A DNA stretch of 63,435 nt, the filler included, from Reticulomyxa filosa (Eukaryota > Protista > Foraminifera), in NCBI GenBank assembly GCA_000512085.1. It is 16 parts of 16 records of this genome, joined end to end, with 100 filler letters (N's around TTAATTAATTAA, not from the genome) between each part and the next. Parts side by side here need not be neighbours in the genome. Positions count along the whole stretch, not along the records: positions 7,914 to 14,552 come from ASPP01008633.1; positions 14,653 to 16,049 come from ASPP01027367.1; positions 16,150 to 18,201 come from ASPP01022028.1; positions 18,302 to 27,408 come from ASPP01042897.1; 12 more parts are not named here. One strand, written 5' to 3'. A program made the translations under genes and the position numbers. This document shows, in pieces, positions 11,496 through 22,064 of the stretch (positions are counted from its first letter, which is position 1; every line of letters begins with the position of its first letter). The notes under the pieces are model-generated. The model did not search any database, was not told where the DNA came from, and saw only the letters and a list, made by a program, of their open reading frames with translations.

Positions 11496-12387
11496 TTTTC
11501 CACTCCTTTTGTTTATTGTTTTTATTATTGCTGTTGCCAGAAATTAACAAGCTTTTAAGGGGTTGATTTGAAAGAGTATACCTTTTCGTAGTTTTCTATT
11601 GAAATGATCAAGTTTTTTACAGTTTTTGGCAGAGATAGAACCTCTCTGGGCCCTTTTTTTTCTTTAAACTAATTTTTTGTAAACAAGAAAAAAAAGTAAA
11701 TGAAGTTTTAATGACGAACTCGTGACAAACTAACGAGATTTACCGGAACTGCTATGATCACTATTTGTACACTTGCTTCTCATTTTTACATTTTTTTTTA
11801 TGAAGACAAAAAAAAAATTGTAGTGCATGAGAATTTATATAAGTTAAGGGAATAAGTACATAGTTATGTTTATAACTACATCAACTGTAGATACATCAAA
11901 ACAATATATCACACTGTAGGGCAAGTCCATATTATAAGTATACGAACGTTAAGTGAACATATGAATCCACATTATGTTAAACTTACTTTATTACTTTTCT
12001 TTTGTTATCTTGTTTTATTATTTAAATTACTTTCGTTTTACGAAACACATATTCTATTCTTAGTAAACACATATAGTATTAGATTTAGTGTATCAATACT
12101 ATAAGCAGACGTCCAACAATACAATTTGTATTTTATCTTGGTTCAACTGGCGACGTTTTGGATGGGCAATGAACTAAGGTCGGTCTAAGTCAGACATTGT
12201 GTACTTCCGGTCGGGTCCACTGCTAGTTTGTTGAAAACCAAAGCCAGACGAAGAATATGATATATATATTTTATTTTTTTGCCTTTGGATTTTATTTTTT
12301 TTAAAAAAAAAGCAATTACTATATGTTTTGTATTTTTTTTTTTAATTTAAGAGATTAAAAAAAAAATTGTCCTTTTATGTTTTCCGC

Positions 12388-13107
12388 TTATGACTTTTCT
12401 TGCTTACGAATGGCTTCAAACATCTTCAATTTGTTGTTCACTTGTGTTTTCTTTTTTTTTAACGCTTCAGCGTTATGAGTGATAGCATTCATGTCGCAAT
12501 GGTTTGTCCACTCGATTATCTGTTCCATTAGATTGTCTACAAACAAACGCTCGTCTTTTTCTAGTGACACCAAGTGGTGAGAGTCTGTTTTTGGAGCAGT
12601 GACCAATTTTGCAGTGCTTTGAAACACAGAACACTCTTCTTGCACACTTTGATATGGATTTGTGCCATCACGTTCACTGTGATATAACAGTACTGGGAAA
12701 CCACTGCTAATTATTCTGGTTGTATCCATGGCCGACAATAACAACACCCCAAACTTTGGTTTGTTGTCTTTTGAGCTTTTCTCGTCCGTCAAGTGTGTTA
12801 AAACCTCAGCCATAAATTTTCCACCCCGAGATCCGGCAACAAGAATGTCGGGATGAAACTTATTTATCACGTCAAGTAATTGTTCTGTTCCTTCTTTCAA
12901 ATGCGTTGCTGGCTCTGGTAGATACACAATTTGTGCATTCTCTTTTCCATACTTCAATTCCAACTGCTTCAGGTAGAAGCTTACGCCGGACACTCCTGGA
13001 GATATTAGTAACACTCTTTTTGTCAAAGGCTTCTTGTCTGGCGTTACAGAGGTAGATGTTGCATCAACTTTCTCAATATCATTGGATTTCTCTTCGGTTG
13101 AAGACAT
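12388..13107 (-). CDS. Alpha/beta-hydrolase-fold protein, single exon
   Basis: Nucleophile elbow AGSRGG, VLLYHSERDG (Asp) and DSHHL (His) in canonical order. Confidence 0.7.
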   Translation of the reverse strand: MSSTEEKSNDIEKVDATSTSVTPDKKPLTKRVLLISPGVSGVSFYLKQLELKYGKENAQIVYLPEPATHLKEGTEQLLDVINKFHPDILVAGSRGGKFMAEVLTHLTDEKSSKDNKPKFGVLLLSAMDTTRIISSGFPVLLYHSERDGTNPYQSVQEECSVFQSTAKLVTAPKTDSHHLVSLEKDERLFVDNLMEQIIEWTNHCDMNAITHNAEALKKKKTQVNNKLKMFEAIRKQEKS

Positions 13108-13751
13108 AATCCCCTTTTTTTATTTTCAGGAAGACTCCTGAAATTTAAGTGAAGTCACAAAAAAAACGTAAATTTCATCTAGTAAACTCTATTAAGCAGT
13201 AAAACTTTTATCTTTTAATTACACTGACCTTTACACATCAAAATTAAATCTCGAGTAAAAAAAACACGCAGTGGCAAAAAAAATGCTACAAACAAATGTC
13301 ACATTGCAATGCCCAATCCTCTTAAAAATATTACAAATTTTAAAATGGTTAAGCAATACTCACATGACAATCGTGCTATCGCATGACTAATTTCAATCTT
13401 TTTGTTTTGCTACTTTTCATTTTTTTTGTATTAGTGATAAAATTATTTATTTGTGGCTGGATCATATTTTTTGTTATTCTTTTTAATTTTGCATTTGTTT
13501 GATTGGTTTGTTGGCTTGTGACATTTTTTAAATCTTATTGTCATTTAATCATTATGTATAGTTTGACGGTTATACTTTTTTTATTGTCAAAATGATTGAC
13601 ATAAGCGTATGAAAATTTTTTTGTTTGGCTGTTTATTTAAAAGTTTTTAAAAATGTTTTGTATAGTGAAAAAGGAGCAAAGTAATTTTTTTAGCTTGTTA
13701 AATTATTCACATTCGACTAAGAGCAGCATAGATAATCACAAATTACAAAAA

Positions 13752-14552
13752 ATGCGCGTCACATTATTGTTACTTCTGTTTAATGCGCTATTGTATGGGA
13801 GTAGTGGTTTTTATCTCCCAGGAGTGGCACCTCACGAGTACCAAGTGGGAGAGGCAATAAAATTGAAAGTGAACAAATTGGACTCTGTATTTACACAAAT
13901 GCCGTACGACTACTACAGTTTGCCTTTTTGCCGCCCAAGCGAGGGCATCAAACAAGACGCGGAAAACCTGGGCGAATTGTTGAGTGGAGACAAGATCGAG
14001 AATAGTCCATTCAAGCTGGCGATGAACAAGCCAGTCGAATGTCAAGTCTTGTGCATGAAGACTTACAACAAAAAAGACTTGTTCCATTTCCAACAAAAAA
14101 TCGAAGAGAGATATCGTGTGAACTTGTTAAGCCCTTTTTTTTTTTTGAACTTATTGTTCCAACATTAAAAAAGGGGCCCTTTGAACTTTTATATTTATAT
14201 GTAGTATTTGAATATTACATAAATGTATATAAAGTATTGTGGACAATTTCCCAGCAGCGCAAAAATTCAGAACAATAATTTCTGAAGAGAAGAAAGAAAA
14301 TGACTACATTTATGAAAAAGGGTATCCTTTGGGCAGTGTGATCCACCATGTCGGTTTTTTTGTTGTTGTTTTGTGTATTGCTGCGATCAAATGACACTGC
14401 ACGTTACAAACAAACAAACACAAAAGGCTGGCAAAAAGGCGGTGGTGTTAAATAATCATGTTAATTTAATCATCATGACTCATTCTGATCCCAAAGCCTA
14501 CGATGGAGTTCGGATTGTCGGGTTTGAAGTTCAACCCAAAAGGTGCTTCCCC
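13752..14552 (+). CDS. TM9SF: Transmembrane 9 superfamily / endomembrane protein 70, N-terminal part; introns 14126-14234 and 14350-14426
   Basis: Signal peptide, then FYLPGVAP, LKVNKLDS, PYDYYSLPFC, ENLGELLSGDKIENSP, VDNFP, LNNHV, RIVGFEVQP. Confidence 0.93.
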
Positions 14553-14809
14553 NNNNNNNNNNNNNNNNNNNNNNNNNNNNNNNNNNNNNNNNNNNNTTAA
14601 TTAATTAANNNNNNNNNNNNNNNNNNNNNNNNNNNNNNNNNNNNNNNNNNNNGAATTATTTGTAGAAAGAAAGGTGACGGCTTAAATGTAATACGACAGG
14701 CACTCTTGTCGAGAATATTTTCAGCAAAACAAAATAGATAAATGATGGAGAATAATGTTCTCCTTTTTACAACAACAAACTAAAATTAATTACTGGAAGA
14801 ACGACAAGA

Positions 14810-15835
14810 ACGGTGGGAAAAAAAATACGTATGATAACATTGTCAGATTTGACAATGGAACACCTGAAACAGTAAATTTTCGAAGCAACCCAACTAGTAC
14901 AGGACGATGATGTATTGATAACAATCATTGACGGAAATGGTACTTCTACTGAAAATGACGAACGTATAATTCATCATTCAAGAGTGATCTTGTGTTTTTT
15001 ATTATTCGATTTCAACCAAGTGTCCTTCTTGTTATTTCACAAATCTTTTTTATCTCATTGACTAATTTTTACATTTAAATAAAAAAAAAAAAAAATTGAT
15101 ACCAAATAGAAGATGTTCCAAAAGCGAAAAGAGCTGAAGAGCTGGCAATTAAAAAAGAAGATCTAGAGACATTAGATTTTAAGAAATATTGGAACAAAAA
15201 TTAGCGAAAATCTAATGAGCAAGGATTAATTATTGTTGCGTATAATACATTAAAATGGAAAATAAAAAATGATAACTCTATTCAATTATCAATTTACAAA
15301 GACATTTGGGATGTATTGTATGTAATAAAAAAAAAAGCGAATTGTTTTGGAAGATGTAAGTATTGATGAGAATGTATATGCTATTGATTGTGAACTTTAA
15401 TGTAAAGGATATGTAAACATTTCAACTCAATTATTTGTTACAAAGAATTCAATTATTGATAAGCAATTAAAGCCATCATAATTCCAGTACAATTTCAAAA
15501 ACTCGACAACAAAGGGGAAGAATGTAAAAGACAAAAATTATTTGATAATTCTATTATTGTTCATTGGCGAACCTATTTACAAACTGCAATTGATATTTTT
15601 GGACATAATCATAATTATGTTGCATATAATTTTCTTGGAGCCGCTTATTATTATAAAAGATAACTTGAAAAGGCAATTGAATTCTATGAAAAAATATTAA
15701 TGATTGTATTGAATACATTTGGAATTAATTGTAATTTTATTGTTGCTTCATCATACAGTAGATTGGAAAAATTTATCAATTAAAAAAAAGTATGATAAGG
15801 CAATTGAAGATTATGTTAGAAATTTTTGGCATATT
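14810..15835 (+). pseudogene. Degenerate TPR-repeat protein gene
   Basis: Remnants such as ITLSDLTMEHLKQ*IFEATQ and NYVAYNFLGAAYYYKR*LEKAIEFYEKILMI with in-frame stops and frameshifts. Confidence 0.7.
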
Positions 15836-17170
15836 TGATTTATATAACAAGGAAAAATAAAAAAATTGATTGCGTATGTTATTCGTTTCATCAATAAAAC
15901 TTGAACCAACTCAGTTTTCACGTATTTTTATGCTGCCATTCATGAAATAGCAATTCTCAACCATATTATGTATGATTCAATTCGATATCGTGTATACTTG
16001 AATAGTACAAGTATTACTAAAAAACTCCTTAAACAACAAACTCTTTGAGNNNNNNNNNNNNNNNNNNNNNNNNNNNNNNNNNNNNNNNNNNNNTTAATTA
16101 ATTAANNNNNNNNNNNNNNNNNNNNNNNNNNNNNNNNNNNNNNNNNNNNCATTTTAGTGCGTCTTTTTCTTTTTTGAGGCGGTTGGTACGTATTTTCAAT
16201 ATAAAGATGATGCTATATCTCACTGTCTACGAAAGGTAGAAAGTTAAACATATCTACGTCACTTGGAGATTGCGAAAAACACAAAAGAAAACATTTAGTA
16301 TTTTTATTTTTAATACCAACACAAATCTTTAACTATCCTAAGAATTTTCAAAAAATGAAAAAAAATATTAACGATTCTTGTATGATTTAATACACTTTTA
16401 TTAAAAATCAAAGGTATTTTTAGATTCTCCACGATGTCGAGATATCATTTAAAAAAAATTTTAAAAAAACGTTAATTTTTCATCAAAAAAATTGCAAATA
16501 TTTATAGTGATGTATCTTAGGAAGGTCTCTTTTTTTGCGGTCGATTGTGCGAATACTCTTTTTTGTGGCGTTACCAATTAATAGTAACTTTAATATAATA
16601 TATCTTCAAAGCAAGCTGTACTTAATGTAATAAATAATAAAACAGTAATTAAAAATATTAAGTAAAAAAATATAAATTGCTTTCCATTTTCACTTATGTT
16701 TGCATTACATTAATAATAATGCATAATATGTATTTTTACGACTGCTTTTTTTGCATTTTGCCATTTTTGGCATTTTATTTTTGCAATTTTTTTGCCATTT
16801 TTAGTACAATAATTTTATTATTTGAAAAAATTTACGTCTTGCTTTTGAAAAAAAAATGCATAAAATGATTTAGTTATAATTTTTACTAATTTAAAAAAAA
16901 GGAATTTGCCAAAGTGAACTTTTTTCCATTCATCATTAAAACATATGTCCACGACCTTTTTATTACATTTATTAATTCAATACCTATTTGTTTTATCATG
17001 GCGCTTAGCATTGGCTGATGGATCCATGGCAAAAGGTGTCATTTGTGTTTTGTTTTAGAACATGTTCTTGTTTTAAATTCACGTAAGCTTTGAAAATCTC
17101 TTATTATATAACTTGTATGCTGGACTAGTCCAAGAGAGTACTCAAGATAAGTATGAACTGAAGAAGTTAT

Positions 17171-17950
17171 TTAATGCATGGTGGAGTTACGCAATGTATA
17201 ATGAAGTTATGCAATGTATGGTGGAGTTATGCAATGCATGGTGGAGTTATGCAATGCATGGTGGTGTTATGCAATGTATGGTGGAGTTATGCAATATATG
17301 GTGGCGTTATGCAATGTATGGTGGAGATAGGCAATGTATAATGGAGTTATGCAATGCATGGTGGTGTTATGCAATGTATGGTGGAGTTATGCAATGTATG
17401 GTGGAGTTATGCAATGTATGGTGGAGTTATGCAATGTATGGTGGAGCTAGGCAATGTATAATGGAGTTATGCAGTGCATGGTGGCGTTATGCAATGTACA
17501 ATGGAGTTATGCATATATGGTGGTGTTATGCAATGCATGGTGGCGTTATGCAATGTATGGTGGAGCTATGCAATGCACGATGGCGTTATGCAATGTATGG
17601 TGGAGTTATGCAATGCATGGTGGGTTATGCAATGTATGGTGGAGTTATGCAATGTATGGTGGAGCTAGGCAATGTATAATGGAGTTATGCAGTGCGTGGT
17701 GGCGTTATGCAATGTACAATGGAGTTATGCAATATATGGTGGTGTTATGCAATGCATGGTGGAGTTATGCAATGTATGGTGGAGCTATGCAATGCACGGT
17801 GGCGTTATGCAGTGTATGGTGGAGTTATGCAATGTATGGTGGAGTTATGCAATGTATGGTGGTGTTATGCAATGTATGTTGGAGTATGCAATGCATGGTG
17901 GCGTTATGCAATGTGTGATGGAGTTATGCATTGTGTAGTAGTGTTATGCA
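17171..17950 (+). repeat. Minisatellite, about 39 copies of a 20-bp unit, consensus GCAATGTATGGTGGAGTTAT
   Basis: Head-to-tail units with point variants and three 1-nt deletions, seen directly. Confidence 0.97.
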
Positions 17951-18301
17951 ACACCTGATATGTTGTTCCAGGTCAGTTGATGTTGTTCCTTGCCATTTAT
18001 TTTTTTTTCTAGGACAGTTAATGTTTTTCGAAGCCAGTTATGATGTTCCAGATATTATAATATGCATTCTATGATGTTCCAGACGCCTGCTAATGTTGTC
18101 CCTGGCTCCAAATTGCTCATGCAAAAAGCGGGATCCCTTTTGTAATAAAGGGAGGTGTGGAGTTGGGCCGCTATTGTTATGCCAGGCTCCTGATATTTTA
18201 CNNNNNNNNNNNNNNNNNNNNNNNNNNNNNNNNNNNNNNNNNNNNTTAATTAATTAANNNNNNNNNNNNNNNNNNNNNNNNNNNNNNNNNNNNNNNNNNN
18301 N

Positions 18302-18854
18302 TAAATCAAACACACTAATATTATTATATTAATAAGTGATAAATAACAAATGATGTTGATTCCACCAATCAATGCACGCACTTCATTATAATAATCATAA
18401 TTGGATGATTGTTATTGTCTGTGAAAAGAATCCATTGATTGTAATTGTTTAATTGTTTAATTGATTGAATTGATTGAATTTTTTTGATTTATTCGTTTCA
18501 TTTTGATTTTTATCATCATTATTGTTGTCATCACTCCAAACACTTATATATTTCATCACCAATGTATGTTTATTTTCTCCATTATGACCAGATCCAAAAG
18601 ACAACAAAGTGATTTGATTGTCGTTATTACTGTTGCTATCTACCAGTTTCACTACAGTGTCCTTTTAGTATAACATAACTTGGATACTCACATAAACTTG
18701 TATCCGTTTTTGAGTATGTGATAAGAATAACAAGCTGTTTCACCAAGACCTCCACAAATGAGTAGTTCGTGTTTGTGTAACACACATTGAGATTGAGAAA
18801 GTGGAGTGGCAACTTCTTCAAAGTTTGAAAATGAGTTGTATTTTGATTACGCAT
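18302..18854 (-). pseudogene. Kelch-family pseudogene (same family as 2062-3102)
   Basis: THFQTLKKLP / QCVLHKHELLICGG...CYSYHILKN / CEYPSYVILKGHC / KLVDSNSNNDNQITLLSFG are spread over different frames (at least 3 frameshifts). Confidence 0.8.
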
Positions 18855-19840
18855 TTCGTTAATGTTGTTGGATTTTTTTAAGTTTTAAACTTTTTTAAAA
18901 AGGGGCGTGGTATAACCCTTTGGAAAAAACAAATAAGTTGTTTTACGTGGCAATATGAAATACATAAAAACAATTAATTCAATGTTGAATTGATGTCTTT
19001 GTTTTTTGTAAGGAAGACAAAGATTTGAGACATACTCTTCTGCATGTTATTTAGTGACTTAAATAAAAGACAATAAAGTATCTATAACAAATTATTGAAG
19101 GATAAAGTTTTTTTCAATAACAAACTTACAAAATTGTATGGCATCAAATGATGTTTGCCCTAAAATATCGATCCACTCAAAAAATACATAAAGATATTCC
19201 CGATTGTCAACTTTTTCTATAAAATTTCGAAAATCAATAAAATATTGAAATTTTTTAAACAATTAGTAAAGATTTAATAAAAACTAAATTCAAAATGATA
19301 TTTAAAAACTACACTATTCGTATATATTTTAAAAAATTAGATCTGAATGTTGTTTTTTCATGAAGAAAATCAATCATATGTACAAGGTGCAGTTTTAGAC
19401 TTCAACTACTTTGTTATTAACTGCAAACACTCAAGTTTTGCTTTGTTCGATTTTGTCGCCACAATATGCTTTCATGTTTTTGCGATTGCGCTGGTAGTTT
19501 ATGTTAGTTCGATAACATCGTGTAAACACAGTAATAAGCTCATTGTTATTGATTTGATGATCAAACATGTTTTTTCTTTAACTCATATTGATCATATAAC
19601 ATTTATGTAACAAAATTCTTTTTTTCTTCTTCGAATGAGTAATAAAAAGAAATTTAGCTACAGCCATTCTCTTATCCAAAATCTGAAATAGAATGCCAAT
19701 TACTGATTATACTTGAAGTTTGTATTAATGGAGCAGTACACAGTAGCTGTCTGGCAAGTATCATAGGCTAATAAGTGTCGCGGTACCTTAAGACAAAAAC
19801 ATCAAAAGAAAATTAGGACGTATTATCGATTAATCAAAAC

Positions 19841-21679
19841 ATGCCGAAATATGGTTGGATAAATCTGCCCGTATTGATTTTTTATATTTTCCTAATTCTT
19901 ATTGCTTGTTATGGGCTTTATGATACCAATCAAAAAAAAAGAAAGCTTCAAACAGTTCAAAAAAAAAAAAAATGATAAAATTTAATTTGTACCAATCGGA
20001 TATAAAAGAAAAAGTTGTGTACGGAGTTTTTTTAATGGGGGGGGATTGTGATTGGAGCAAGGCTGGCCGCACACAGCATAGTCGTGCATTGCGATGGAAA
20101 TTTTTGTACTTTGTGACGACACTGATTGCGAGTTGCATGCGTATGGCGATCTTGTTAATTGCAATAAATTACGATGAGCAGTTGTTGCCAAAGAACAGTA
20201 ACATAAGCCACTTCAACACGGACTGGATACTTCAGAGTTGCACATTGTTTACGACGTTATTTTATTTTAGTGCATTTTGTTTTATTGTGTGGTATTTCGC
20301 AAATATGCGTTATGCCAATGAAAAAAAGAAAAAAGAAAAATAACACCTGTATTTGTGGCGATCAACGTGCTTTTGACATTTCCTTTTGATTATCGGTATA
20401 ATAAAAAAAAAAAAAAAAAAGTTGTTGTAAATGGCGTATACATATACATATATGTATGAATATATTATATGTATGCAGTGTACGTGCGTGTTGCACTATG
20501 CGTGTATGTATAAGCATTTTGTGTTTGTATTTGTATTTGTGGTTCATATGGGCCATATGGGTGGTTAGTACTATGTAGTGTCGTAACGGGAGAATACTCG
20601 CTGGTGTATGATATTAGCGTGCCAATAATGTCTGCCTGCGATATATTTTTAGCGTTTTGTTTTTTGTACTATGGGATCGGGTTGAGTTATTACTTACAAA
20701 AAGAAGAGCGTCCACGACTGGAAAACGCGTATTTTTCAATACAACAGGAAACAGGAGCGAAAAAGCACAGTCAGCCAAACGAAGATGACGATCAATATTT
20801 GTCATTGCATAGCTCTATGAAAAGTGGCACTGGCGAGAAAACCAATCGCTCGTATAACGACAGCTATTACTCCAAATACAAGCGTCAGCCATCTTCTACC
20901 ACTGAAAATATGAATGCTCCCGATGCCTATCATTCTAGTCATAGCCAAATTATGGAATCCATGGCTGGGTCGGCTGTGGAAAGCGCCTTGACTGGTAGTA
21001 ATCTGGCGCATGAAGACAAATATTCCAAAAACGAAGTGCAATTTCGTGATAATGCCTCGAATGTACAAGATGGTTCCGACATGCTGCGTTTCTCCGTTTC
21101 GTCCGGCAACACCAAACCTTCTAACAAACAAAGCATTATCGCTCAAATGATCCTTGATAAGACCAAGCACACTTCACCAAGAGTTTCGTCTGCTTTTTAA
21201 CAAACACGAAATTAAATAAATAAAAAAATCTGATAAGGCAACAAGATACTTGACATTTTTTTAACATTATATGTTTGCTTGTTTTGTCCACCTTCTTCTC
21301 TACTTTCCTTTTGCAGTTGGTGGTTTTGTCTCTGGTGTGTGCCACCTGTTGGACTCTACGGGCAGTGTGTAATGTACTATTGCTATATGGCAATTTCATA
21401 ACTACCAAAAAAATGAACTCAAACAACTGGGAGACTATATACTATTTTGCATTTGAATGGCTGTGCTCATTTACTACCATGTACCTATTGTTGAGTCGAC
21501 CTCGGCAAAATAGCAACTCCAAAAAAACTCAAGAGTGGGGCAATTATCCCAAGGCAGTTGAAGAAACACAAAACCGTAAAAAATCACAAAAATCACGACC
21601 CGACTCTGACGATCTCCAAGAATATTCTCAGACGTTTTCCAGGAACTTTGATCAATCTGCTTATCGTGAAGAGGATTAA
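19841..21679 (+). CDS. Multi-pass (about 7TM) membrane protein, TOM1/THH1/GPR137-like, with a long Ser-rich loop
   Basis: Hydrophobic segments WINLPVLIFYIFLILIACYGL, KFLYFVTTLIASCMRMAILL, TLFYFSAFCFIVWYFA, DIFLAFCFLYYGIGL, LVVLSLVCATCWTLRAV, IYYFAFEWLCSFTTMYLL; family call tentative. Confidence 0.55.
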
Positions 21680-22064
21680 TTGTTTTTCCTTCTGTTTTTG
21701 TCATTTATCATTTTTGTTCTCGGTGAAACTTTTCTCTTCAAATTTCTTTGATGAACTTATTAAGTATATCAAACAGAACACGTTTTCAAGACGTGTTTAT
21801 TTTTATCAAAAAATAAAAATTACTACTGTTATCTACAACATGAAGCCTCTGGCGCAACTGTCTTGTTATTTGTTACTTCATTGAACATTCTATGTTTTTG
21901 TCGAGCAAATGCGGTTTTTTGAAAAGGAAGATTGTCAGTATTGATTTGTGGAGAACAATAAAAAAATATTTATATTTCTTTCCCGAACTTAAAAAACAAC
22001 TTTGTACAAACAAAATAATAATTATTATTCTCCGTGTATTTCGTTAATTTTGATAAAACTTGGT

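Noticed and set aside
17171-17950. CRISPR array, or overlapping Cys/Met/Trp-rich ORFs as real genes
   Set aside because: No unique spacers and no cas genes, in a eukaryotic context. The ORFs follow from a stop-free 20-bp unit and have no independent support.
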